This document shows positions 26,195-36,937 of a DNA stretch of 64,000 bases, in pieces; position 1 is the stretch's first letter, and each line of letters opens with the position of its first letter. The DNA is from Sphyrna mokarran (taxonomy: Eukaryota): NCBI GenBank assembly GCA_024679065.1, contig JAGIQG010000040.1, forward strand, positions 6,138,001 through 6,202,000, written 5' to 3'. Position numbers and translations under genes: made by a program. The notes under the pieces were generated by a model. That model worked only from the letters and a program-made list of their open reading frames with translations, did not search any database and had not been told where the DNA came from.

Positions 26195-26500
26195 CAAAGT
26201 GGTTAGCACTGCTACCTCACAGCGCCAGTATCTGGGTTTGATTCCCAGCTTGAGTCACCGCCTACGTAGAGTTTGTACATTCTTCTCCTGTCTCTGTGGG
26301 TTTTCTCCAGGTGCTCCAGTTTCCTCCCACAGTCCAAAGACTTGCAAGTTAGGTGGATTGGCCGTGCTAAATTGCCCCTTAGTGTCAGGGGAGCTAGCTA
26401 GGGTAAGTGCATGGGATTACAGGAAGTAGGGCTGGGATGGGATTGTGGTCAGTGCAAGTTTGATGGGCCGAGTGGCCTCCTTTTCAATCTGACTCTATGA
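26195..26500 (+). mobile_element. tRNA-derived SINE (HE1/V-SINE-like)
   Basis: gtggttagcactgctacctcacagcgcc head, B box, family core. Confidence 0.78.
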
Positions 26501-26611
26501 GACCTGGTGGAAAGAATTATAAATCAGAAGTTTCTCATTAGTGGCTAGAAAATTAGAATGCAGGTGGCAAATTCATTCGGAGATTAAAATGTGGACTTCA
26601 CCCTTTCTGCT

Positions 26612-27204
26612 GAGCAGTTAATTCCCACAAACTCAGATCTGGATGTTCAGATTAGCTCCAGGAGAGATGTTTCTGATCAGTTGTTAATTCCCATAAACTC
26701 AGGGCTGAATATTCCGACCAGCTCCAGGGGAGATGTTTCTGATCAGTTGTTAATTCCCACAAACTCAGGGCTGAATATTCAGACCAGCTCCAGGAGAGAT
26801 GTTTCTGATCAGTTGTTAATTCCCATAAACGCAGGGCTGAATATTCAGACCAGCTCCAAGGGAGATGTTTCTGATCAGTTGTTAATTCCCACAAACTCAG
26901 GGCTGAATATTCAGACCAGCTCCAGGGGAGATGTTTCTGATCAGTTGTTAATTCCCATAAACTCAGGGCTGAATATTCAGACCAGCTCCAGGGGAGATGT
27001 TCCTGATCAGTTGTTAATTCCCATAAACTCAGGGCTGAATATTCAGACCAGCTCCAGGGGAGATGTTTCTGATCAGTTGTTAATGCCCATAAACTCAGGG
27101 CTGAATATTCAGACCAGCTCCAGGGGAGATGTTTCTGATCAGTTGTTAATTCCCATAAACTCAGGGCTGAATATTCAGACCAGCTCCAGGGGAGATGTTT
27201 CTGA
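26612..27204 (+). repeat. 66-bp minisatellite, about 9 copies
   Basis: unit cagctccaggggagatgtttctgatcagttgttaattcccataaactcagggctgaatattcagac; ctcca recurs every 66 nt from 26656 to 27184. Confidence 0.95.
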
Positions 27205-27883
27205 CCCTCAGGCCAGACCCTCTGATGTCACTCTGGGTGTAGGTGATGTCACAAAGGTACCTGGAGACGTCTGTGACGTGTACACATCAGCATAACCAGA
27301 CAGACGGAACTGCACGGTCTGTTCTCCGGGTCCTACAGGGTCTGGGGATGATGGACAAGTCAGAGAGAACTCTGGCTGGAGAAGATGAAGCTGAAGGAAT
27401 TGCAATTGTCCTGAAATCCGGAAAAACCCTTTCCCATTGAGTAATATTTATAAAGCTACCAATGTGGCACGTATTAAAACTTGAGGCAAGTTCTGCTCAC
27501 GGAAAAACCAGTGCACAAAACAAAGATGTGGAAATGGAATGAACCTGTCAAAAGATAACCAGAATGTACTTAGTTGAAGGGGTGCTGCTGCATTCATTGA
27601 ATAAATTAGAAACAATGCACGAGAGGTTATCTTTACGTGTACAAATTTAATGAATATAAGCATAATGAACAAATCATCACTTTTCCAAACTAATCAGGCA
27701 AGATGCATATCCATCCTTGGGTCCAATCTGCGCAAAAAACAAATTCCTCAGAGTAAAATATCTTTCTCTTCCCCACCGCACGAGTCATCCTGTCCAAGTA
27801 TAAGGATGTCCCACACCACAACACAGTCCTGTGCAATCTCTCAGGGAGAAGTGGAACTTTGAGGAACACAATTAGAAAAAATA

Positions 27884-27897
27884 CCACCAGAGGGCGG
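27884..27897 (+). promoter_or_regulatory. CTCF-like motif
   Basis: CCACCAGAGGGCGG versus core consensus CCASYAGRKGGCRS. Confidence 0.5.
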
Positions 27898-28979
27898 TTC
27901 AGCTTTACTAGAGTTTCAGCATTGGGATATTGACTCGCTCTCAGTGAATATATTCCAGATAGTTACCTTCATACCCAACAAAAATAGACATTAATGATTG
28001 CAACCCAGTTCAATGCAACCAAATACAGCTACTTGATTCGGCATCTACGGAACTATGACCCAAATTTCCTCAGCAACAGCACTGGTAGGCATCTGAGTCT
28101 CGATGTTGACATTTTCAATAAAACATTCCCCTTTAAAACATTTTCAACATTGAGAGCAGAACGGGAAAATACACTGGAGTGTTTTACCTATAGTGAGGTG
28201 TGATGGGATAATGACCATGCTCCAATGTCAGCTGCAGGTTCCTTTTACATGTTTTAAAAACATTTCTTGCCTGAATATCACAAGAGAATAAAATCCTGAA
28301 CCTGCACCGACTCCCCGACAACAATCCCACACAGGCCACATCCCCGGAGCCCACATATTCAACCTGCTAACCCCTTTACTTACATACATACCTTGGGACA
28401 CTAAGGGACAAGTTAGCCTGGCCAATCCACCCTAACCTGCACATCTTTGGAATTTGGGATGAAACCGCAGCATCCGGAGGAACTTTGCACTAGTGGAAAA
28501 GCTGGATATATTACACATCCTCTTTACTAATAGTTCTGAGAGATCACAGCAGTTTAAAAACGCTGCACACTCTCTCTCCTTCTCAAGGGGAGAATTGAGT
28601 AGAAAACTAAATTTTCCAGCAACTCTGGCATTAGAACAAAGAACAAAGAACAACACAGTACGGGAAACAGGCCCTTCGGCCCAACGAGCCCGCTTCATAT
28701 ATAATTACTTCATATATTAATAATAATTAAAGCCCTTGAGAGGAATTTCACTGGAGTCATGGTTATCACTACACTGACGGTGGAGCCAAATCCGTGAAAA
28801 CAACGTGACAAACTCATTGAAAAATTATTTACTTTCTTTGGTTCAATTATGGTGAAGGTGTTCCTTCCCCAACTCTGGTATATAATTCTGGAAGCATTTT
28901 CTCTACAAGAACAGTGAGCGGAATGCAGCCCGGGGGTTGATTCTCTTTGCTCTCTGCCGGCCTCACAGCACCAATGGGA

Positions 28980-29050
28980 AAGCGAGGAAGTGAGGGGAGC
29001 GCAGCCTGAGAGCCGGTAACTGATTATTAAGGGCGGGGTTTAAAAAGGGA
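28980..29050 (+). promoter_or_regulatory. V-segment promoter (ETS site, GC box, AT-rich box)
   Basis: GAGGAAGTGA...AAGGGCGGGG-TTTAAAA; conserved upstream of V2 (~35010), V3 (~39197), V4 (~46508) and V5 (~50163). Confidence 0.6.
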
Positions 29051-29099
29051 GGCTAAATATCCAAACCCCCTCTCCCCTTTCACAGAGAGGACAGAGACA

Positions 29100-29554
29100 A
29101 TGCGGCTGCTCAGCATCTGGGTTGTGTGGGGAACATTGCTGACAGGTAAATGTGGATGCGCTTTTTCATTCCCCAAGCTTGATTGGAATCACATTTCAAT
29201 CAGCCACCGGTCTAAACTTTTTCTTATTAATGTTCTGTTTTCCAGATTTAACTCATGGAGATTCTGTCACTCAGTCGCTGCCCTCAGATGTTAAAGCAGA
29301 AGGAGCAGAGCTCGTATTAACCTGTAACTACGAAACTACACGGAGCGACTATGCATTACACTGGTACCGACAACTCCCAGGAAACCAGCCCGAGTTTACA
29401 GTGTGGAGAGGTACAGAAAATGATGAATATAAAGCAGATTTTGCCAAAAGCCGTTTCTCTATAAATCTTCAGACCTTGACTAAATTCACCAGTTTAAAGA
29501 TCTCGGATCTGCAGCTGACTGATGCCGCCGTGTATTACTGCGCTTTCAGTCCAT
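29100..29554 (+). CDS. TCR alpha/delta-type V segment V1 (leader 29100-29145, V exon 29246-29554)
   Basis: leader MRLLSIWVVWGTLLT, GT..AG phase-1 intron, DSVTQ...C...WYRQ...D.AVYYC, followed by an RSS. Confidence 0.93.
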
Positions 29555-29593
29555 CACAGTGATGGAAAGCAGTCTCACCCCTGTACAAAAACT
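29555..29593 (+). other. 23-RSS of V1
   Basis: CACAGTG - 23 nt - ACAAAAACT. Confidence 0.95.
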
Positions 29594-30743
29594 GCCTTTG
29601 GATTATTAGTGCGAGCTCCGCTCTGTTGAGCTTTAAGCAGGACTGCGGTTGCTGCAAAGCAGCGGCGCTCGCAGGCGCTCAGATAGACACCGAGAGGAAA
29701 CCAGATTAACCTCGGATCAAACTGTCAGCCAACGGTTAGCGGGAGAGGCCGAGAAAATGAGCTGCACAACTGCAGCGGGAGAGAGAAAACATCCCAGAAT
29801 CATAAGTGAAGGCAGCCGTTATAATCCCCGCCCTCAGTGACCGGGCGTCCTGTATGAGCTGGATATCAGTGAAAGAAACCCCCTGGATCTGTGCTGCAGC
29901 CAATGTCCCAGTGAGAGACAGCGATCTGCTGTGAGGGTCGGTTTGTTAATGATCGTCATAAAAAGAACAGTTAAAGGAAAAGGGGAAACAATATTATCCT
30001 CCGGGAGACAGACTGAAACACAAGCAGCCCATTCTCCATTACTCTGTGGGACATGTTGATTGCAGATCCGCTGTTTCTGATGCAGTAACACGCATTGATG
30101 AAATACAGCCTCTGAACAGGCCAGTTATAAGCTGCTGAGAGAGGAGATGAGAAATGGTTGTTTCACCGGCGGGGAAATGGGAGAAAAGGAGACAAAAAAC
30201 ACATTAAAATATCATGAGGGCATTTATGCCGTTTAACGCCTGTATGAAGGCGATTTGTAATCAACTCATATAATAAGTCCACTTGTAGCCATGTGAACAG
30301 ACAAATTCGGAGCAGGACTAAGCAACTCTGCCACCCTGAGACTGTCCAACATTTGATAAGATCCTGGCTGATTGAATTGTCACATCTGTATTCCCATGTC
30401 TCCCCTGTACACTCTGATTCCCTGGTCATTCAATAATCGACCCCACCACTTCGGAATTTTGTTCAATGACCTTGCCACCACTGATTTCTGAAGAAGAGGT
30501 TATCACAAACCAAGAAACATCATGGCGAGAGAAAACACAATCTCATAATGAAATTTCTGATAGACAAGGGTTATGGGGAGAAAGCAGGAAAGTGGATATG
30601 ATCCACTTCAGATTAACCATGATCTTATTGTTGTTCCAGTGACAATAAATTTGAACAGGGCGATATTATGCGTGAAAGTTTTGTTTGTCTGACTGTGAGG
30701 GGTAGTGCTTGATGTGATGTACAATATGAGAGGTTAGTTGAGC

Positions 30744-30908
30744 ATACTTACCTGGCAGGGGAGAATCAATGATCAGACAGGTTGATCTCCCAGGATGAGG
30801 CTATCCCATTGCACTCTGGGTGTGCTGAAGCCTGCGATGACCCCAAATGTGGGATACTCGACTGCAGAATTTGTGGTAGTGGGGGGACTGTGTTCGCGCT
30901 TTCCCCTG
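30744..30908 (+). ncRNA. U1: U1 snRNA variant (gene or pseudogene), full length
   Basis: ATACTTACCTGG 5' end, ATTGCAC U1A loop, ATTTGTGG Sm site, terminal stem ending TTCCCCTG, 3'-box-like ttgaaaatcaga. Confidence 0.88.
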
Positions 30909-31889
30909 ACTTATAATTGAAAATCAGATCTCACAACGGACTTCTCTTCTCACACGTTTATGTGCTTTCGGTTTCTCTCTTGAATATGCACCCATACACA
31001 GAATCTCTCACACTTGCCCATCCAGACAAAATGACTTCCCTCTCTCTCAGCCCCTTTTCTCTGACTCTCACACACATCCATTCCCCTGCTGTCTCATATA
31101 CAAACCATAACTTTTTTTCACACGCGCGTACTGAGTCCACTCTCTGTCAACCAGACACAAACAATCGTAGGCACTTCATTCTATCTCATAGACATACACA
31201 CCATAGCTCTAGTTCTTTCTTGCACACACAATATTGATTCCACTCTCTGTTTCACAAACACATAAGCAATCATTGGGGTCCATTCACCCTCACACACACA
31301 CAAAAGCAGGGGTCACCTCCCCATGTTTGACTCGCTACACAGACATCCCTTGACCCAGCTCACAGCATGGACACCTAAGTCCCAATTCATTGCACAGAAA
31401 GCCAAAGACCCAGGGCTGATTTTGTGTAGGATGGAGGTCACTGCACATTCCCCACCCCTCTTTCTATGTCAGGCTCATGAAGTTGGAATCTAAATCTTTC
31501 CACCTGAAGTGAACAAACTGTTTTGCTAAGGGGACGTCCCAATCCAAACCACTGACTCAAAAGAACAATACAGCACAGGAACAGGCCTTTGGATCCTCCA
31601 AGCCTGAACGGATCATGTGTTCCTAACTAGACCATCCGTTTGTATCCTTCTATTCCCACATGTACTTTGTGTCAGGTGAGGTCACTGTGTCCTCCACCCC
31701 CGCTTTCCAGCCCAGTCGAGGAGTTTGGAGATTATGCTCCAAATGAGTAATGGCAGCCACAGATCCCACAATCCCCCCCACCCCCCAAAAGCGAAACCGT
31801 TCTATCCGCTGTGTGGGAGGCCGGCTCGATACTGCGCATGTCAAAGATGGTGGGTATACTGTGCATGTGCGGAGGAAGAAGGCTATAAT

Positions 31890-31998
31890 AGCCGGAAGCT
31901 TGCGAGTTTACTATCAAATAAATCAGTTGGATTTAAAACTGGTGTTGTCAGACCTCTTACTGTGTTTACCCCAGTCCAACGCCGGCATCTCTACATCA
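31890..31998 (+). mobile_element. Penelope-type pLTR end (duplicated at ~37930-38038)
   Basis: aagcttg..tactatcaaataaatcagttgga..ccccagtccaacgccggcatctc matches 7945-8015 and 40877-41120. Confidence 0.6.
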
Positions 31999-34900
31999 AA
32001 AAACAATTTGCCAGTTTTACTGGGGAAGTCACAGCCTTCTCATACTGATTATTTCACAAACTTATTGTTGTTATTATGCCGAATAAAAACACGCTTCAAT
32101 TCAGAGAAAATGAAGAATGAATCAAAATCAATGTTATCTTCATTTTATGTCATCATAGTCAAATCTGTTTATTTAATCTGCACTTCATAAAGAGAGAGAA
32201 GCTTAAAAAGGCTGTGATTTTTCTTTAACATTACTCAGATTTACTTAATATTTAAATAGTTGAATTTTCTGAACCAGGTCACCTAAAGACCCGTCACTGG
32301 ATATTGCCCTATCCGAAAATTTGGGCTTTGCTCACTTATCCCGAGAAGGGAAATTTCACATTAACTTCATTGCAGTGTTAATGTAAGCCTTCTTGCGATA
32401 CTGATAAATAAACTTAAAACAAAACGGAGAACAGGTTGCTATGTCATTAAACAAATGCAGAATCCGAGGATTATTAAGAAGGAAGCAGATTTGAGAACAC
32501 AAGGGAACATGTGTAAGCCTGCACACATCATTGTTTAGAACACAGTTCAAAGACATGGATCCGTTTAGTGACTCTTCGTTGCTTTAGCGTTAATCTCAGA
32601 CACAGTGTGTAGGAAAGACTGGAAAGATGAAATGGGGGTGAAAGAGCACAACGCTGGAAGCAAAATAGAGCAACTGAGGACATTTTCAGAGGAGCAGCAA
32701 TTGTGTTCGGAAGTAGTTGTCAGACTAATACACATTCAAGGCAGGTTTGGAAAAGGTTGGAAAGAAACAAAGACAGTGGGCTGGTGTCTCAGTGCCTGAT
32801 TGGATGGCAGCATTTCCGGTGATTCTGGAGAGAGCGACCTCTGTGTTTTGAGCAGTCGACTATTGGAGGTTGCGACAGTGCACACCAAACTGTAATGGGG
32901 ACAGAATCTATAAGTAATTTTCAGAGACGGGTGGATAAATATTTGACCAGAAAATGGAAAATTTAAGAATGCGCGATTGAATGCAATCTGCAGATAAAGA
33001 ATAAGTGGACAACGCATTAACAGAAACAGTACGTGAGAAATGGCCGAATGGCCTCTGATAGTGCTGCAACAGTCTATGATTCAGCCGCAAGAACCAATAT
33101 ACTCTGCTGCTGCACACAGGAAGCAGAGAGGATCGGAAGCAGTGAGAGTTCAAGTGGACGATGGTTTGAGAAACAGCCAATCGCTCAGTGGCACCGTGAG
33201 CAACACCAGAGATCGAGAACCCATACTAAATATTGTAAATTAAATATAGCTCGTAGTTTCGCCGACATTTCACGAATAGATAAGCAACTTTTCATATTGG
33301 TTATGAAGAATTGTTTCCTTCTCTTTTTGTTGAACTCCTGGTTTCTCTTTCTGGTGTCGATTCTACATACATTGGGCAGCTTAGAGCACACGTGCTTTGT
33401 TCTCAATTTGAAAATCAATTGTTATGTTCTCTTCTGTGCATTTTAAAAGAAACTTTTCTGTAAACTGTTCCCTGATTGTTTTTTTAAAAATAAATCTTGA
33501 ATGCATAATGAATAAATCATCACTTTCCCAAACTAATTTCCCAACAGGCAAAATGCATATCCATCCTTGGGTCCAATCTGCGCAAAAAAAATCCCTCAGA
33601 GTAAAATATCTTCCTCTTCCCCACCACAGGAGTCATCCTGTCCAAGTATAAGGATCTTCCACACCACAACACAGTCCTGTGCAATCTCTCAGGGGGAAGT
33701 GCAACATTAAGGCGCGCAATTAGAAATAATACTGCCAGAGGCGTTTCAGCTCTACTCGAATTTCAGCATTGGGATATTGACTCACTCTCAGTGAATATAT
33801 TCCAGATAGTTACCTTCATACCCAACAAAAATAGACATTAATGATTGCAACCTAGTTCAATGCAACCAAATATAGCTACTTGAATCGGCATCTATGGAAC
33901 TATGGCCCAAAGTTCCTCAGCAACAGCACTGGTAGGCAACTGAATCTCGATGTTGACATTCTCAATGAAACATTTCCCTTTAAGACATTTTCAACATTGA
34001 GAGCAGAACAGGAAAATACACTAGGGTGTTTTATCTATAATGAGGTGTGATGCGACAATGACCATCCTCTGATATCGGCTGTAGGTTCCTTTTACATGTT
34101 TTTAAATTTTTTTTGCCTGAATATCATAAGACTATAAAATCTCTGCAGTGCAGAAGGAGGCCATTTGGCCCACTGAAGCTGCACCGACTCCCCGACAACA
34201 ATCCCACACAGGCCATATCCCCGGAGCCCACAGTGTTAATGTGAGCCTTCTTGTGACACGGATAAATAAACTCTCTGAAACACGGAAGAAGCCGCTGATG
34301 ACATTAAACAAATGCAGAATCCCGAGGATTATTAACAAGGAAGCAGATTTCAGAAAACAAGAGGACACGTGTAAACCTGCACACATCATTGTTGAGACCA
34401 CAGTTCAAACACATGGATCTGTTTAGTGAGTCTTCGTTGCTTACACCTATACACGTAATGTATACCTTGCTCATACCTATACAGTTACCTATACACTTAA
34501 CTTGGACACTAAGGGACAAGTTAGCCTGGCCAATCCAACTAACCTGCACATCTTTAGAGTTTGGGATGAAACCGCAGCATCCGGAGGAATTTTGCATTTG
34601 TGGAAATGCGAGATATGTTCCACATCCTCTTTCTCCATATTAATAGTTCCGAGAGACCATAGCAGTTTAAGAAGGCTGCACAACCCTTCTCAAGGGGAGA
34701 ATTGAGCAGAAAACTAAACTTTACAGCAACTCTGACATTATTTCATGTATGAATAATAATAATTAAAGCCCTTGAGAGGAATTTCACTGGAGTCATGGCC
34801 ATGAAAGTGGAGCCAAATCCGTGAAAACAAAGTGACAAACTCATTCAAAAATTATTTATTTTCTTTGGTACAATTATGGTGAAGGTGTTCCTTCCCCAAC

Positions 34901-35126
34901 TCTGGTATATAATTCTGGAAGCATTTTCTCTGCAAGAACAGTGAGCGGAATGCACCCCGGGGGTTGATTCTCTTTGCTCTCTGCCGGCCTCACAGCACCA
35001 ATGGGAAAGCGAGGAAGTGAGGGGAGCGCAGACTGAGAGCCGGTAACAGATTATTAAGGGCGGGGTTTAAAAAGGGAGGCTAAATATCCAAACCCCCTCT
35101 CCCCTTTCACAGAGAGGACAGAGACA

Positions 35127-35581
35127 ATGCGGCTGCTCAGCATCTGGGTTGTGTGGGGAACATTGCTGACAGGTAAATGTGGATGCGCTTTTTCATTCCC
35201 CAAGCTTGATTGGAATCACATTTCAATCAGCCACCGGTCTAAACTTTTTCTTATTAATGTTCTATTTTCCAGATTTAACTCATGGAGATTCTGTCACTCA
35301 GTCGCTGCCCTCAGATGTTAAAGCAGAAGGAGCAGAGCTCGTATTAACCTGTAACTATGAAACTACACGGAGCAGCTATACATTACACTGGTACCGACAA
35401 CTCCCAGGAAACCAGCCCGAGTTTATAGTGTGGAGAGATACAATCAATAATGAACGTAAGGCAGATTTTGCCCAAAGCCGTTTCTCTATAAATCTTCAGA
35501 CCTCGACTAAATTCACCAGTTTAAAGATCTCGGATCTGCAGCTGACTGATGCCGCCGTGTATTACTGCGCTTTCAGTCCAT
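35127..35581 (+). CDS. TCR alpha/delta-type V segment V2 (leader 35127-35172, V exon 35273-35581)
   Basis: near-identical paralog of V1 with intact frame and splice sites. Confidence 0.93.
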
Positions 35582-35620
35582 CACAGTGATGGAAATCAGT
35601 CTCACCCCTGTACAAAAACT
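35582..35620 (+). other. 23-RSS of V2
   Basis: CACAGTG - 23 nt - ACAAAAACT. Confidence 0.95.
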
Positions 35621-36772
35621 GCCTTTGGGTTGTTAGTGCGAGCTCCGCTGTGTTGAGCTTTAAGCAGGACTGCGGTTGCTGCAAAGCAGCGGCGCTCGCA
35701 GGCGCTCAGATACACACCGAGAGGAAACCAGATTAACCTCGGATCAAACTGTCAGCCAACAGTTAGCGGGAGAGGCCGAGAATTTGAGCTGCACAACTGC
35801 AGCGGGAGAGAGAAAACATCCCAGAATCATAAGTGAAGGCAGCCGTTATAATCCCCGCCCTCAGTGACCGGGCGTCCTGTATGAGCTGGATATCAATGAA
35901 AGAAACCCCCTGGATCTGTGCTGCAGCCAATGTCCCAGTGAGAGACAGCGATCTGCGGTGAGGGTCGGTTTGTTAATGATCGTCATAAAAAGAACAGTTA
36001 AAGGAAAAGGGGAAACAATATTATCCTCCGGGAGACAGACTGAAACACAAGCAGCCCATTCTCCATTACTCTGTGGGACATGTTGATTGCAGATCCGCTG
36101 TTTCTGATGCAGTAACACGCACTGATGAAATACAGCCTCTGAACAGGCCAGTTATAAGCTGCTGAGAGCGGAGATGAGAAATGGTTGTTTCACCGGCGGG
36201 GAAATGGGAGTAAAGGAGACAAAAAGCACATTAAAATATCATGAGGGCATTTATGACGTTTAACGCCTGTATGAAGGCGATTTGTAATCAACTAATATAA
36301 TAAGTCCACTTGTAGCCATGTGAACAGACAAATTCGGAGCAGGACTAAGCAACTTTGCCACCCTGAGACTGTCCAACATTTGATAAGATCCTGGCTGATT
36401 GAATTGTCACATCTGTATTCCCATGTCTCCCCTGTACACTCTGACTCCCTGGTCATTCAATAATCGACCCCACCCCTTCGGAATTTTGTTCAATGACCTT
36501 GCCACCACTGATTTCTGAAGAAGAGGTTATCACAAACCAAGAAACATCATGGCGAAAACACAAACACAATCTCATAATGAGATTTCTGATAGTCAAGGGT
36601 TATGGGGAGAAAGCAGGAAAGTGGATATGATCCACTTCAGATCAACCATGATCTTATTGTTGTTCCAGTGACAATAAATCTGAACAGGGCGATATTATGA
36701 GTGAAAGATTTGTTTGTCTGACTGTGAGGGGTAGTGCTTGATGTGATGTACAATATGAGAGGTTAGTTGAGC

Positions 36773-36937
36773 ATACCTACCTGGCAGGGGAGAATCAATG
36801 ATCAGACAGGTTAATCTCCCAGGATGAGGCTACCCCATTGCACTCTGGGTGTGCTGAAGCCTGCGATGTCCCCAGATGTGGGATACTCGACTGCAGAATT
36901 TGTGGTAGTGGGGGGACTGCGTTCGCGCTTTCCCCTG
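36773..36937 (+). ncRNA. U1: U1 snRNA variant copy 2 (5' end ATACCTACCTG)
   Basis: duplicate of 30744-30908 with U5->C; U1A loop and Sm site retained. Confidence 0.85.

Noticed and set aside
26612-27204. CRISPR-like regular array
   Set aside because: Units are contiguous with no unique spacers, the context is vertebrate and no cas genes are present; it is a minisatellite.
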